Shown: positions 29,688-39,864, counted from the stretch's first letter. The stretch: 64,000 nucleotides of DNA from Alphaproteobacteria bacterium (GCA_963555825.3 CAUVXB020000002.1:1536001-1600000); one strand, 5' to 3'. The notes: generated from the letters alone by a model not told the origin. Made by a program: numbers and translations.

Positions 29688-29791
29688 CGCACGATTATGA
29701 CCCAGCGCGCGCGTCGCGCCTAGCCATGGTGAGGAATGTCACCGCGTGGCACGGCGGGTTCCAATAGATAAGAATAGATAAGGGGACGTGA

Positions 29792-31260
29792 GAGGTCATT
29801 GCAAATCTCTGTTGATCAGCGGGCTGTTTGTCTGTCGGTTTCTGATTTTGGGTTTCCGCACTTGTCTACCGGCTTCGAATGGCGCCGATTGTTATCCGTT
29901 GGGTGATATTGGCCCGCGTTGGCGTGTTCTTCCGCGCCCGGCGGGAGCTCGATCGAGCCGTTGGAGGTAGTCGTTCGCCGTCTATTCCAGCAGCCGCACG
30001 ATCTGGATGGCGGCGATGGCGGTGAGCGCCAGAAGACAGTGGCACTCGATCTTGTCGGCGCCGCGCAAGCGGATCAGGCGGCCGGCGAAGTTGTCCTTGA
30101 AGTTGGCGTTGACGCGTTCGGCGGCACCGCGCTGCTGGTAGCGGAGATCTTCGGGCGGGTGCCAGCCGGTCGAGCGCCGCCGCTTGGCCTCGGCGAGCTG
30201 TTCGGCCTTGCGGACGGTTCCCCTCGGGTGCGGCGCGATGATCGGCACGTGGCCGAGGCTTCGGCTGTGGGCCTTGATCTCGCCCGCGTCGTAGGCGTTG
30301 TCCATCAGATCGTAGAGCGAGGTCACGCGCATCGCCGTCATGGTGGCGAGCGGGATCGCGGCCTGGCTGTCGTGCGTGTTGGCCGAGGTCAGGATGGCGG
30401 AGAGCGGGATGTCGCCGTCGGCCGTGTCGATGTGCAGCTTGTAGCCGGTCCAATGGATGCGGTAGCCCTGGGCGTTCTGCTTGACCCCCCGCGCGCAGTC
30501 GCGGGGGAGTTCGGCCGTCATCTACGCCAGGCTCTGGCCGCCCTGGCGTTGCAGGCGGCGCTCGGGCGGCGGCGTCTTCCGTTCCTTGCCCTTGCGCGGC
30601 CGGCCGCGCTTGCGCTTGGGCTCAGCTGGTGCCCGGGGCCGGCGGGCGGGGCGCTCGCGCGCCTCAATGGCGGTACTGTCGCGGGCGACGTGGCCGACCA
30701 GATGCTCGCCGTGGTGCGCCACGACCACCGCCTCCAGCAGCCGGGGGCCCAGGCGCGCGGCCGCGAACTCGGCGAAGGCACGGCTGAAGGTCGCCTCGCT
30801 CGGCAGCGTGCCCGCTCCGCCCCAGCCGCAAAGCCGCCGCAAGATCTTGTCCAGGCGCAGGCGCTCGATCAGGCCGAGCGTGTCGTCGATGTTGAAGATC
30901 GTCTTGGCGAGAAAGGCGCGAGAGAGCGCCGCGCGATCGGCACGCGGCCGGCCGGGCCGGCCATGCACATGGGGCAGGAAGCGTTCGGGCGCGCCATCTC
31001 CAGCACGGTGACGAGCTGGCGGTGGCGTTCACCGAGCGGCCCGAGTTCTTCTTGCAGGCTGGGAAACAACTCGGCTTGGATTTTTCGCCAATAGTCTGAT
31101 AGTCTCTCATCCAGAAGCATCACCCGGGGTTCCTTGTATTTTGGTCTTTCACTCAGAAGAACCATAACACAAGTCAGCCCCGGGCGCCTCGACAACCCCG
31201 CGAAAATCAGCTAAATCAAACGGATAAAATACCGTGATCAAAGGAATTTGAAATCAGCTC
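29792..31260 (-). mobile_element. IS5/IS1182-like insertion sequence
   Basis: Imperfect TIRs GAGGTCATTGCAAAT / ATTTGAAATCAGCTC; GTGA direct repeat at 29788-29791 and 31261-31264. Confidence 0.85.
29982..31120 (-). pseudogene. DDE transposase pseudogene (frameshift plus nonsense codon)
   Basis: Three pieces: MLLDERL...; PSEATFSRAF...RDSTAIE; WTGYKLHID...HDSQ...MDNAYD...AERVN. Frameshift near 30985, in-frame TAG at 30522-30524. Confidence 0.85.
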
Positions 31261-31326
31261 GTGATACTTAATTATACGGTGACAGTATATTCAACTGGTT
31301 TGAATGAAGTATCACGTCCCCTTAAT
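31261..31326. repeat. REP-like palindrome interrupted by the IS (family C)
   Basis: Reconstructed empty site AAGGGGACGTGATACTT is the exact reverse complement of AAGTATCACGTCCCCTT at 31307-31323. Confidence 0.8.
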
Positions 31327-31335
31327 TATCGACGT

Positions 31336-31411
31336 TGCAGCACGCGCTCTTCCGAGCCTATCCGCCGATATCCGCCGTGCCGCACCTGTCCATGGTGAGA
31401 ATTCCGGGCTA
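31336..31411 (-). repeat. Solo arm of the 17951-18531 MITE family
   Basis: Reverse complement TAGCCCGGAATTCTCACCATGGACAGGTGCGGCACGGCGGATATCGG matches 17951-17997. Confidence 0.85.
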
Positions 31412-31442
31412 TGGTCGCGCGCGACATGACGACGGATCATCC

Positions 31443-32504
31443 ATGACCGATTGGTACCGACTGGCCGGGCCGCTTTTGCGCGCGCTGCCGCCCGAAACCG
31501 CCCATCGCCTGGCCGTCCGCGCCCTGGCGGCGGGCCTCGTGCCGGCATCGCGCGGGCCCGACGATGAGGCGCTCGCGACGCGCGTTTGGGGCCTCGACTT
31601 CGCCAACCCGGTCGGCATCGCCGCCGGCTTCGACAAGGACGCCGAGGCGGTCGACGGCCTGTTCACCGCCGGCTTCGGTTCCGTCGAGGCCGGCACGGTT
31701 ACGCCCCGACCGCAGGCGGGCAACCCGAAGCCCCGATTGTTCCGCCTGACGGACGACCGCGCGTTGATCAACCGGCTCGGCTTCAACAGCCAGGGTCTCG
31801 CGCGGGTCGTGCCGCGGCTCGGTGGCGTGCGCGCCGGAATCCTCGGCATCAACATCGGCGCCAACCGCGACAGCGACGATCCGGTCGCCGATTACGTCGC
31901 CGGCTTCCAGGCGGTGTGCGACCGGGTCGACTATGTCGCGGTCAATATCTCGTCACCCAACACGCCGGGCCTGCGCGACCTGCAAACGCGCGGCAATTTC
32001 GAGCGCCTGGTCGGTGCGCTGGACGCAACGCGCGAGGCGTTGGTTTCGGGCGGCGCGCGGCGCGTGCCGATCGCGGTCAAGGTGGCGCCCGATCTCGACG
32101 AGCGCGACGCCGAGGACATCGCCGCCGTGGCGCTCGAGACCGGGCTCGACGGGCTGATCGTCGGCAACACGACGCTGGCGCGCGACGGCGTCACCGGCCG
32201 CCACCAGGGCGAGGCCGGCGGCCTGAGCGGCCCGCCGCTGTTCGCGCGCTCGACCGAGCTGCTGGCGCGCTTCCACCGGCTCACCCGGGGCCGCGTGCCG
32301 CTGATCGGCGTCGGCGGCATCGCCTCGGGCGCCGACGCCTATGCCAAGATCCGCGCCGGCGCGTCGCTGGTCCAGCTCTACACCGCGCTGGTCTATCAGG
32401 GGCCGGGCTTGGTCGCGCGCATCAAGGCCGACCTCGCGGAACGGCTCGCCGCCGACGGTTTCGCTCGTGTCGCCGACGCGATCGGCGTCGACGCCGCGCC
32501 ATGA
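31443..32504 (+). CDS. pyrD: Quinone-dependent dihydroorotate dehydrogenase
   Basis: AAGFDK, NRLGFNS, NISSPNTPGLR, KVAPDL, GGLSG, LVQLYT. Confidence 0.96.
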   Translation: MTDWYRLAGPLLRALPPETAHRLAVRALAAGLVPASRGPDDEALATRVWGLDFANPVGIAAGFDKDAEAVDGLFTAGFGSVEAGTVTPRPQAGNPKPRLFRLTDDRALINRLGFNSQGLARVVPRLGGVRAGILGINIGANRDSDDPVADYVAGFQAVCDRVDYVAVNISSPNTPGLRDLQTRGNFERLVGALDATREALVSGGARRVPIAVKVAPDLDERDAEDIAAVALETGLDGLIVGNTTLARDGVTGRHQGEAGGLSGPPLFARSTELLARFHRLTRGRVPLIGVGGIASGADAYAKIRAGASLVQLYTALVYQGPGLVARIKADLAERLAADGFARVADAIGVDAAP

Positions 32505-33373
32505 CGATCCCGGTGCATGCGGGCGTCGCCGCGCTGGTCGCGCCCTACGACGCGCTGCTGGTCGATCTCTGGGGCGTCATCCACGACGGCGTCGCGCCCT
32601 ATCCCGGCGTCGTCGATTGCCTGGCCCGGCTGCGCGACGCCGGCAAGTCCGTCGTCATCCTGTCGAACGCGCCGCGCTTGGCCAAACACGCGGTCGCGCG
32701 GCTGCGCGCCATCGGCGTCGAGGACGGGCTGTATGCGCACCTCGTCACCTCGGGCGACGCGACTCGCCAGGCACTCGCCGCGCGAACCGAGCCGTTCTAC
32801 ACCGCACTCGGGCGCGGCTTTTACATGCTCGGCAAGCAGGCCGATGCCGACCTGATCGACGGCCTCGACTACCGCTCGGTCGCGGCGCTCTCGGACGCCG
32901 AATTCCTGCTCGTCACCGGGCCGACCGAGCAATCGACGCGGCTCGAGGACTACCAGGGCCTGTTGGCCGAGGCGGCCGGTCTCGGTCTGCCGATGATCTG
33001 CGCCAACCCCGACCTCGTCGTCATCCGGGGCGGCGTGCGCGAGCCCTGCGCCGGCGCCTTCGCGGCGCGCTACGCCGAACTCGGCGGGGCGGTGCGCTAC
33101 GAAGGCAAGCCGCACCCGCTGGTCTATGACCTGTGCGACACGGCGCTCGGCGGCCTCGAGCGCAGCCGCGTGCTGGCGGTCGGCGACGGCCTCGCGACCG
33201 ATATTCTGGGCGCCCAACGCGCCGGCATCGACGCGCTGGTCGTGACCGGCGGCCTGCTCGCCGACGCCTGGGGCACGCCGCGCGAGGCGGCGCCCGACCC
33301 CGAACGCCTGGCCGCCGCCTGCGCCGAGGCCGGCGTCACGCCGGTCGCCGCGGTGCCGTCGTTCGTCTGGTAG
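32501..33373 (+). CDS. HAD-IIA family hydrolase (TIGR01459-like)
   Basis: DLWGVIHDG, LSNAPR, CANPD, GKP, GDGLATDI. Confidence 0.92.
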   Translation: MTIPVHAGVAALVAPYDALLVDLWGVIHDGVAPYPGVVDCLARLRDAGKSVVILSNAPRLAKHAVARLRAIGVEDGLYAHLVTSGDATRQALAARTEPFYTALGRGFYMLGKQADADLIDGLDYRSVAALSDAEFLLVTGPTEQSTRLEDYQGLLAEAAGLGLPMICANPDLVVIRGGVREPCAGAFAARYAELGGAVRYEGKPHPLVYDLCDTALGGLERSRVLAVGDGLATDILGAQRAGIDALVVTGGLLADAWGTPREAAPDPERLAAACAEAGVTPVAAVPSFVW

Positions 33374-33385
33374 CGCCGTTGGGCG

Positions 33386-33862
33386 CTAACCGGCGTCGCT
33401 CGTTTGCTCCTCGGCGTGTTTGTACATTTGCTCGAGCACCCTGGCGCGCGCCTCGACATTTCTGCGCGTGGCGGTCCTGTATGCGCTGATCACGGAGGCG
33501 AAATAGATGATCGCGCCAATGAACGAGCTGAGCCAGGAGGCGAGCAGGGCTTCTCCGTGCACGCCGCTCGTGTGAATCGAATAGACGTGGCTGAGGGCGA
33601 AGGGGATGGCGCCGCTGAACCCCAGCACCAGACACAGCACAAGCGCGAGTCCGCCGGCAATGAATTGCCGCAGGTCGAGCTGTCCGGCGCCCGCGACCAT
33701 AATCGCGAGCAGCAGCGCCATGGTCGGCGAGGCGGCCACGGCGCTTTCGAGCCGGACCAACAGCTCGGCGGCGCGCAGCGCCGTCTTCTCCTGCGCGCGG
33801 TCGAGCCCGCGCGCGGAAAGCCCCGACGCCATCGAAGATCGTCCCATACCCGAAGCAGTCAT
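33386..33862 (-). CDS. Hypothetical membrane protein
   Basis: GGAGG RBS; about three hydrophobic segments. Confidence 0.7.
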   Translation of the reverse strand: MTASGMGRSSMASGLSARGLDRAQEKTALRAAELLVRLESAVAASPTMALLLAIMVAGAGQLDLRQFIAGGLALVLCLVLGFSGAIPFALSHVYSIHTSGVHGEALLASWLSSFIGAIIYFASVISAYRTATRRNVEARARVLEQMYKHAEEQTSDAG

Positions 33863-33889
33863 CGCATCCTCCCTGTACGCGTATCGCCG

Positions 33890-35239
33890 TCAGTGCAACG
33901 TGGCCGCCGCCTCCGTGTAGCCGATGCGGGACGCGGGGTCGGCGAAGCCGGCGGCGGCGATGTCGGCGAGCACGATGGCCAGCACGTCGGCGCGGCCGAG
34001 CGCGCGGGCCGAATTGGCGAGCAACAGGAAGAACAGGTCGCGCTGGGCATGGCTGCCACCCATCTGCCACAGCATGCGCCGGACCGGCATCAGGAGATCG
34101 ACGACGCGCGCGTGATCGCCCTTGCGGTGGGCGATCGCCGCCTCGGCCGCGGGGATCGCGGCGACCGTGTAGCGCGGCCCCAGCGTACCTGAATCGGCGG
34201 CGGCGAAGTCGCGCATCGAGGCGAGCAGCGTCTCGGCCTCGTCGAAGCGGCCGGCGGCGGTCAGGATGGCGGCGTAATGCGGGCTGGTGAACGGGCTGGT
34301 GTGGTCGTCGAGGCGCTTGAGCGTGAGTTCGGCGAGCTCGTCCCAACGATCGCCGACTCGCGTGCCGCGCAGCTCGAGCCGGAGCAGCATCGAGGCCCCG
34401 TTCTGCATGTCGATGTAGAGGTCGGGCAACGATTGCGTCAGCGGCAGCTCGCGGTTGCGCACCCAGTTGTCGTAGCAGTCCAGGACGGCGTCGTGCTCGC
34501 CGAGTTCGAGGTGGAACAGGCAGCGGTGCCACCACAGGTGAAAGCTCATCTGGTTGGCGTCGGCCCAGTGGTCCTTGAGGCCGTCGAGCCAGGCGATGCC
34601 CTCGGCGTGGCGGCCCTCCATGATCAAGACATGGGCCACGGCATGGGCGCCCCAGACGTCTTCCGGATCGATCTCGACGGCGCGGCGGGCGAGCCGTTCG
34701 GCCTCGCCGAAACGGTGCGTCTCCTCGAGGTCGAAGGCGCGGCACGAGAGCTGGATGCCGTAGCTCGGGACGGCGTCGCTCCATGCGTCGGCCACGCGGT
34801 TCGAAATATCCGCCGACCAGGCCATCTCGCCGATCCAGAACAGCTCCATCTGGGCGAGCCGCTGGGCCAAGAGGTCGGTCGGATGGAGCCCGAGGATCGC
34901 CTCGTAGCGGGTGACCGATTGGGTGATGCGCCCGGCCGCGGCGTCGTCCAACGCGGCGACGTAGAGCCGCTCGCGTTCGGTCGCGCCGTCCCCGGCGGCG
35001 TGTGCCGCGGCGAGCGAACCCTCGATCATCGGCCGGAACGCGGTCGCCCGTGCGCCGTGCAGCACCAAGCCGTTGACCGCATGGGCCAGCGCGAAGCCCG
35101 CATCGGCCTCGAGCGCCCCCTTGAGGCCCGGCATGACCGCCGCCTTCCAGTGCACGAAGTTGTGGATCGCGCCATCGAGCGCGGCCGCCGCCTCGGCGCT
35201 CCCGGTGGTCATCGCGTACCCGCGCTTGTCGTGGTGCAT
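33890..35239 (-). CDS. Tetratricopeptide repeat protein (TTC38-like)
   Basis: WGAHAVAHV, HLWWH, GGSHAQRD motifs. Confidence 0.88.
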   Translation of the reverse strand: MHHDKRGYAMTTGSAEAAAALDGAIHNFVHWKAAVMPGLKGALEADAGFALAHAVNGLVLHGARATAFRPMIEGSLAAAHAAGDGATERERLYVAALDDAAAGRITQSVTRYEAILGLHPTDLLAQRLAQMELFWIGEMAWSADISNRVADAWSDAVPSYGIQLSCRAFDLEETHRFGEAERLARRAVEIDPEDVWGAHAVAHVLIMEGRHAEGIAWLDGLKDHWADANQMSFHLWWHRCLFHLELGEHDAVLDCYDNWVRNRELPLTQSLPDLYIDMQNGASMLLRLELRGTRVGDRWDELAELTLKRLDDHTSPFTSPHYAAILTAAGRFDEAETLLASMRDFAAADSGTLGPRYTVAAIPAAEAAIAHRKGDHARVVDLLMPVRRMLWQMGGSHAQRDLFFLLLANSARALGRADVLAIVLADIAAAGFADPASRIGYTEAAATLH

Positions 35240-35369
35240 GCTCAAGCCTCGTCCTCGACGTTCGGTCGCCGGACGATAGCACAGCCGCGTGCGCACTGGC
35301 GTGTTTGGGCTGCGCGGCCCCGACACGGCCGCCTTCGCTAGATCATCGAGCGAGGCTTGGATAGCGTCC

Positions 35370-35505
35370 CGGTTTGAAATTCTGCCGAAACGACACCCGA
35401 AACGTCGGCTCATCAGCGGATCATGTCTGCGTTGCACCCAACGGCGGACCCCGTCGCACGGTCCTCGGTACAGTCGCTCCTGACCCGAAGGAAACATTCG
35501 GGGCT
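35370..35505 (+). repeat. ATGTCTGC-type palindromic repeat (family D), left island border
   Basis: Homologous in inverted orientation to 39865-40005 (GCCGAA.CGACACCC, TCATGTCTGCGTTGC.CCCAACGGC.GACC, GACCCGA). Confidence 0.75.
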
Positions 35506-35520
35506 CAACCTAACGCGTGG

Positions 35521-36951
35521 TCAGTTGGCGGCGATCAACTTGTAATAGGTATCCCAGGCCTGAGCCGAATCGAACTCGGCGTAGGCAGCATCGAGCCGTT
35601 GCCGCGAGTCTTCAAGCCGTTGTGCGAGCGCCTTCCGGTCGACGTCCAGCAGACACCCCGCGCGCTTGAGCGGACGGCCGGCGACGAAGACGCTGTCGAC
35701 GTCGCCGCCGTTGGCCTGAAGCACGGCGATCTGCTCGGGCTCGGCGCCCGACATCATGCCAATGCGGTCCGTCGATAACAGTACTACGTCGGCTTGCTTG
35801 CCAGGCGTCAGGCTGCCGATGCGGTCGTCCAGGCGGAGTGCCCGGGCGCCGCCCATGGTGGCGATCTCGAGCATGTCGCGGGCGGTCAGCGCGACGTCGG
35901 TCGGCCCGACGCCCTGGGCGTCCATCGTGCGGGCGCGCGAGCCGCGGCCGACCTTCAGTGTGAACTGCATGTGGCGGAATATGTCGCCCGACAGGCTGCC
36001 GACCGAATCGGCGCCGAGGCCGATCGTCACGCCGTGCTGGATCGCCCGCCAGGTCACTGGATCGGCGCCCTGGCCAAGTTCGCTTTCGGCCGAGACGGCG
36101 ATGCTGACGCCGGTCGCGGCCAGGCGGTCGAGTTCGGTATCGGTGAAGCACTGGCCATGCGAAATCACCAAGTCGGGACCAAGCATGCCATGACGGTCGA
36201 GGCGATCGATGAACCAGGACCCACCGTTAGGCGCCTCCATGCCGGCATGGGTCGTGATCGTCCGGACGCCCAGCTCGCGCGCCAGCCCCAGGTCGTGCTC
36301 TGTGCACGACCAGGGCAGATACTCCAGGTTGCGCGCCGTAACGCCCATGGTGACCAGACCGTCATCGTCCGAGAGCCGGCCGGCGCGAAGCCGCGTGGCT
36401 TCGGTGCGGTGCCAGTCCGTGGTCGGCGACAGGGCTTCCGACAGGGCTTCAGCGGCGATCGCGGTGCCATTTCCGAATTGCGGCGGGCCTCCCAGTCCGT
36501 AGCCAAACACCACCCTGACGCCCGTGGCATCGAGCGCGTCGAGGGCGGCGTCGGCGTGTCCCTCGGCGACGCTGCAGTCAGCGAAGTCGAGCACCGTCGT
36601 CACGCCGGCGTCGAGCGCGTCCAGCGCGCCGGCCAGGGTTGCGATGTGGCGGTCCTCGGCGCTATAGAGCTGGCGTCGGCCCCAGAACGTCTCGACCAGA
36701 TAGCTCGACCAAGTGCCGTCGGAGACGAAACCGCGCAACAGCGTCAACCAGAGGTGCCGGTGGGTGTCGATCAGTCCCGGCATGGCGATCATGCCCTCGC
36801 CATCGATGACCTCGGCGCCGTCCGCGGCAAGCTCAGGGCCGACCGCGGCGATGCGGTCGTCCTCGATCAGGATGTCGGCGCGCGGCAGCGTGCCGAGCGC
36901 GGGATCGACGGTGATGACACAAGCGTCACGGATTAGCATACGTGTCGTCAT
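35521..36951 (-). CDS. Amidohydrolase family protein (deaminase-like)
   Basis: PGLIDTHRH, GVTT, SHG, GLGAD, GSLTPGKQADVV. Confidence 0.92.
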   Translation of the reverse strand: MTTRMLIRDACVITVDPALGTLPRADILIEDDRIAAVGPELAADGAEVIDGEGMIAMPGLIDTHRHLWLTLLRGFVSDGTWSSYLVETFWGRRQLYSAEDRHIATLAGALDALDAGVTTVLDFADCSVAEGHADAALDALDATGVRVVFGYGLGGPPQFGNGTAIAAEALSEALSPTTDWHRTEATRLRAGRLSDDDGLVTMGVTARNLEYLPWSCTEHDLGLARELGVRTITTHAGMEAPNGGSWFIDRLDRHGMLGPDLVISHGQCFTDTELDRLAATGVSIAVSAESELGQGADPVTWRAIQHGVTIGLGADSVGSLSGDIFRHMQFTLKVGRGSRARTMDAQGVGPTDVALTARDMLEIATMGGARALRLDDRIGSLTPGKQADVVLLSTDRIGMMSGAEPEQIAVLQANGGDVDSVFVAGRPLKRAGCLLDVDRKALAQRLEDSRQRLDAAYAEFDSAQAWDTYYKLIAAN

Positions 36952-37134
36952 GGTTCAGCCCACTTGAGTACGGCAGCAAATCTCCAAACCGACATTCCCC
37001 TGCCGACTCCTCAGAATGCGCACGTCGGCAGCCGAAGATGGCGTCTTGGGGAGTATTGAAACGAGTTTCTGCCCACAGGGTAGAGGATTTGCAGCGAGAC
37101 TTGAATGTCCTGTGTGGATGGCTCCCGCGTTGCA

Positions 37135-37370
37135 AGGACTTTTTTCGGCGTAGCGACCTAGTCAGGTACAGTCTTGTGTCCGGCCTGTTGATGCAGTTTT
37201 GTTGAACCGCTGGCCCTGATGGTATCCGTGGATCGGGTCCCTATCTGCTTAGCGGGCTCGAACACCCAGGACATTGGTCGGGTTGTCCCGATCCCCGGTC
37301 TGACCGGTTCGCCATCACGTCTCGTCGTCCTTGCAATCGTCGAAAGGCGTTGTGCCTTCGAGAGATCAAT
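37135..37370 (-). ncRNA. Putative bridge RNA / seekRNA of the IS1111 element (ends approximate)
   Basis: Non-coding region 3' of the recombinase with AATGTC, AAGCAGA, CCATC and ACACAAGA segments matching target and donor halves. Confidence 0.7.
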
Positions 37371-37373
37371 TCG

Positions 37374-38408
37374 TCATGCGGTCCCCTCAGTTGCGGGTCG
37401 GTGAGCGCGGTAGGCCTCGCCACGAGTCATGATGACCCAGGCGATCCGCGCGGCCTTGTTGGCCATGGCCACGGCGACCAGCTTGTTGGGCTTGCTTACC
37501 AGCAAGTTGGTGATCCAGGGGTGAACCTCGGGCTTGCGCCGTGCCGATTGAAGCTGTGATGTCATGCCGATCACCAGCAGACGGCGAAGATAGCGGTCCG
37601 CCATCTTGGAGATGCGTCCCATGCGATCCTTGCCGGCGCTGGAATCGGCCTTGGGCGTTAGCCCGAGCGAGGCGGCAAACTGGCGAGCCGATGTGAACCG
37701 GTGCGGATCGGTGACCGAGGCTGCCAGCGCCGAGGCGGTGATGTAACCAATCCCCGGAATGGTCGCGAGCCGTTTGGCCAGGTCGTTGCCGCGGAACCAG
37801 GTCTTGATCTCGCCCTCGATCATGGCGACCCGGGCTTGCAACTCGCGGATCTGCTCGGCCAGGGCAATGACGATCTTGCATGCCAGCGGGGGAATGTCCG
37901 GCACCACTCCTTCGACAAGCTGATCGACGAGCCTCAGCGCGTGATGAATGCCTTTGGCCAGCACGATGCCCAACTCGGCCAGCTGGGACCGGATCATGTT
38001 GACCAGCTGGGTGCGCTGGCCGACCAGCAGATCCCGTGTTCGGTGGAGCGCCAGGACCGATTGCTGCTCGGCCGACTTGATCGCGACGAACCGCATCGTG
38101 GGGCGCGTCACCGCCTCGCAGATCGCCTCCGCATCGGCGGCGTCGGTCTTGCCGCGCTTGACGTATGGTTTGACGTAGATCGGTGGCATCAATTTCACCT
38201 CGTGCCCCAATGCCTGGAGCTCGCGGGACCAGAAGTGGCTCGTGCCGCACGCCTCGATACCGATCAGACACGGTTCCAGCTTGCCGAAGAACGGCATCAT
38301 CTGGCGCCGGCGCAACGATCGGCGGACGATGACCTTGCCGGTGCTGTCAATGCCGTGGACTTGGAAAACGTTCTTGGCCAGATCGAGGCCGACAGTGGTT
38401 ACTTTCAT
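37374..38408 (-). CDS. IS110 family DEDD recombinase/transposase
   Basis: GLDLAK, IEAC, KTDAADAEA, IPGIG, SSAGK; intact ORF. Confidence 0.96.
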   Translation of the reverse strand: MKVTTVGLDLAKNVFQVHGIDSTGKVIVRRSLRRRQMMPFFGKLEPCLIGIEACGTSHFWSRELQALGHEVKLMPPIYVKPYVKRGKTDAADAEAICEAVTRPTMRFVAIKSAEQQSVLALHRTRDLLVGQRTQLVNMIRSQLAELGIVLAKGIHHALRLVDQLVEGVVPDIPPLACKIVIALAEQIRELQARVAMIEGEIKTWFRGNDLAKRLATIPGIGYITASALAASVTDPHRFTSARQFAASLGLTPKADSSAGKDRMGRISKMADRYLRRLLVIGMTSQLQSARRKPEVHPWITNLLVSKPNKLVAVAMANKAARIAWVIMTRGEAYRAHRPATEGTA

Positions 38409-38656
38409 GGCGGATAGCTCCTCTTGCTCGTGGTTGATAACAACCACCACTTTGGCATCTCGGTGCCGGGAGCGGGAGCCATCCACCCCATCTGCTAGTG
38501 GGGGCAAAGTGAAAGGTGTTTGGCGGCGGCCCCGACTCCTGGTGTCAGCCAATTCTGGACCTTCACGTCTGGTCGTTAGACTCGCCTAGCCACGTTCCAT
38601 ATACTGCAGCCCACAACCAAAACGTTTCGGGGGAGGTTCTGGTGCCGCGACCGGGC

Positions 38657-39247
38657 ATGCTGGTCCATCTCGTTGACGTGGCCAATCTGATCACTCTTGG
38701 CGGCCTCGCGCTTGCTTTCTTCGCCTGCTGGGCGGTCTTGTCGGGACGGCCCTCCTTGGCCATGGCCCTGGCCGCGTCGGCCGTCGTCATCGATAATGTG
38801 GACGGCTGGATGGCGCGGCGGGCAGTGGGGCGAAACCCGGCGCATGAGCATTTCGGGCGGCACTTGGATTGTTATGCGGACTACATCACCAAAGGCTTAT
38901 TTCCCGTCCTGTATCTTTTGACCGCGACCGATTTGCAGCTCGTGTCTGTCCCGGTGGCGCTGATCTACCTGATGGCGATTGCCGTCCGATATAGTTATGA
39001 GTTCGTGCCGGACCGCGCCCATATCGGTCTTTCGCCCGACTACATGATCGCCTTCCTCTGTCTGTTGCAGTTGGCGGCGCCACGAATCGGTTCGGCCTTC
39101 ATTCCCACGCTCATGGCGGGCCTGGTGGGTTTTGCGGCTCTCGCCGTCGCGCCTTTTCCGTCACCGAAGTTGCAGGGCGGGCCCCTCGTCGGTTTTTGCC
39201 TCTTTCTTCTGGTCCTGGCGGCGGTCCTTTTGACCGGCGATCGATAG
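38657..39247 (+). CDS. CDP-alcohol phosphatidyltransferase family protein
   Basis: ANLIT, DNVDGWMAR...G..LD..AD signature; multiple TM helices. Confidence 0.88.
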   Translation: MLVHLVDVANLITLGGLALAFFACWAVLSGRPSLAMALAASAVVIDNVDGWMARRAVGRNPAHEHFGRHLDCYADYITKGLFPVLYLLTATDLQLVSVPVALIYLMAIAVRYSYEFVPDRAHIGLSPDYMIAFLCLLQLAAPRIGSAFIPTLMAGLVGFAALAVAPFPSPKLQGGPLVGFCLFLLVLAAVLLTGDR

Positions 39248-39404
39248 CCTGCAAGCAGGGTTCGTTCTTTGTCACAGCTCCTTGGTCTTACTTGGAAAAG
39301 GCATCGGTCGGCCGCGTGGACCGACGCTGTAGCATCCGGGGCGTTAGATCGGCGAGCCACGCCGAAGGCACTCGACAGGCGATCATGGCCGCCCATCGAC
39401 TCTG

Positions 39405-39587
39405 CTACGCTTCGGTAAGCCAGCTTCCCCCGTTGCGCCAGGCCTCTTTGGCCTTGCAATGCGGGCAAATGCGCTCACCCGGCCAGTCGCTCATAAACAG
39501 CTCGCGGCACTTCAGGCACCGACGCCGCTCGATCTCGTGCTCGCGTTCGGGCTCTGGCTTCAGTTTGCTTTGACGTCGTGCGAACAT
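39405..39587 (-). CDS. Small Zn-ribbon-like protein
   Basis: 60 aa with CLKC...F.S.WPGERICPHC. Confidence 0.7.
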   Translation of the reverse strand: MFARRQSKLKPEPEREHEIERRRCLKCRELFMSDWPGERICPHCKAKEAWRNGGSWLTEA

Positions 39588-39616
39588 GCTTATGGAAAGC
39601 GGCTTTCAAATCAGTC

Positions 39617-39784
39617 TCATCCCGAGCGCGTGGTGGCGGTTCCGCAGCGGCGACATTCCACCTTCTGCACTTGGCCACTTGCGCCAAAGGCGCCGACCAC
39701 CTCGATGAGACGGTAGTCGTGGAAGCCCAACCGGCAGAGAAGACGGCCAATCCAGTCGGGCAGCTTGTCGCGGCTTCCTGCCAC
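39617..39784 (-). CDS. Small Cys/His protein (putative Zn-binding)
   Basis: LLCRLGFHDY...ECRRCG; AAGGA RBS before GTG at 39784. Confidence 0.65.
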   Translation of the reverse strand: MAGSRDKLPDWIGRLLCRLGFHDYRLIEVVGAFGASGQVQKVECRRCGTATTRSG

Positions 39785-39864
39785 GATCCGATTCCTTGAA
39801 CACAACCACTGTTAGGGTCCGACGCCCGCGCCGCCCATCCGGTTATCTTAGCACATCGCGCGGC

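Larger units (their letters stand above)
37108..38492 (-). mobile_element. IS110 family (IS1111 group) element
   Basis: Perfect sub-terminal IRs GTGGATGGCTCCCGC 37114-37128 / GCGGGAGCCATCCAC 38472-38486; TC core at both junctions; long 3' non-coding end. Confidence 0.92.

Noticed and set aside
30522-30524. Programmed amber readthrough in the transposase
   Set aside because: The same gene also has a frameshift; simple decay is more parsimonious.
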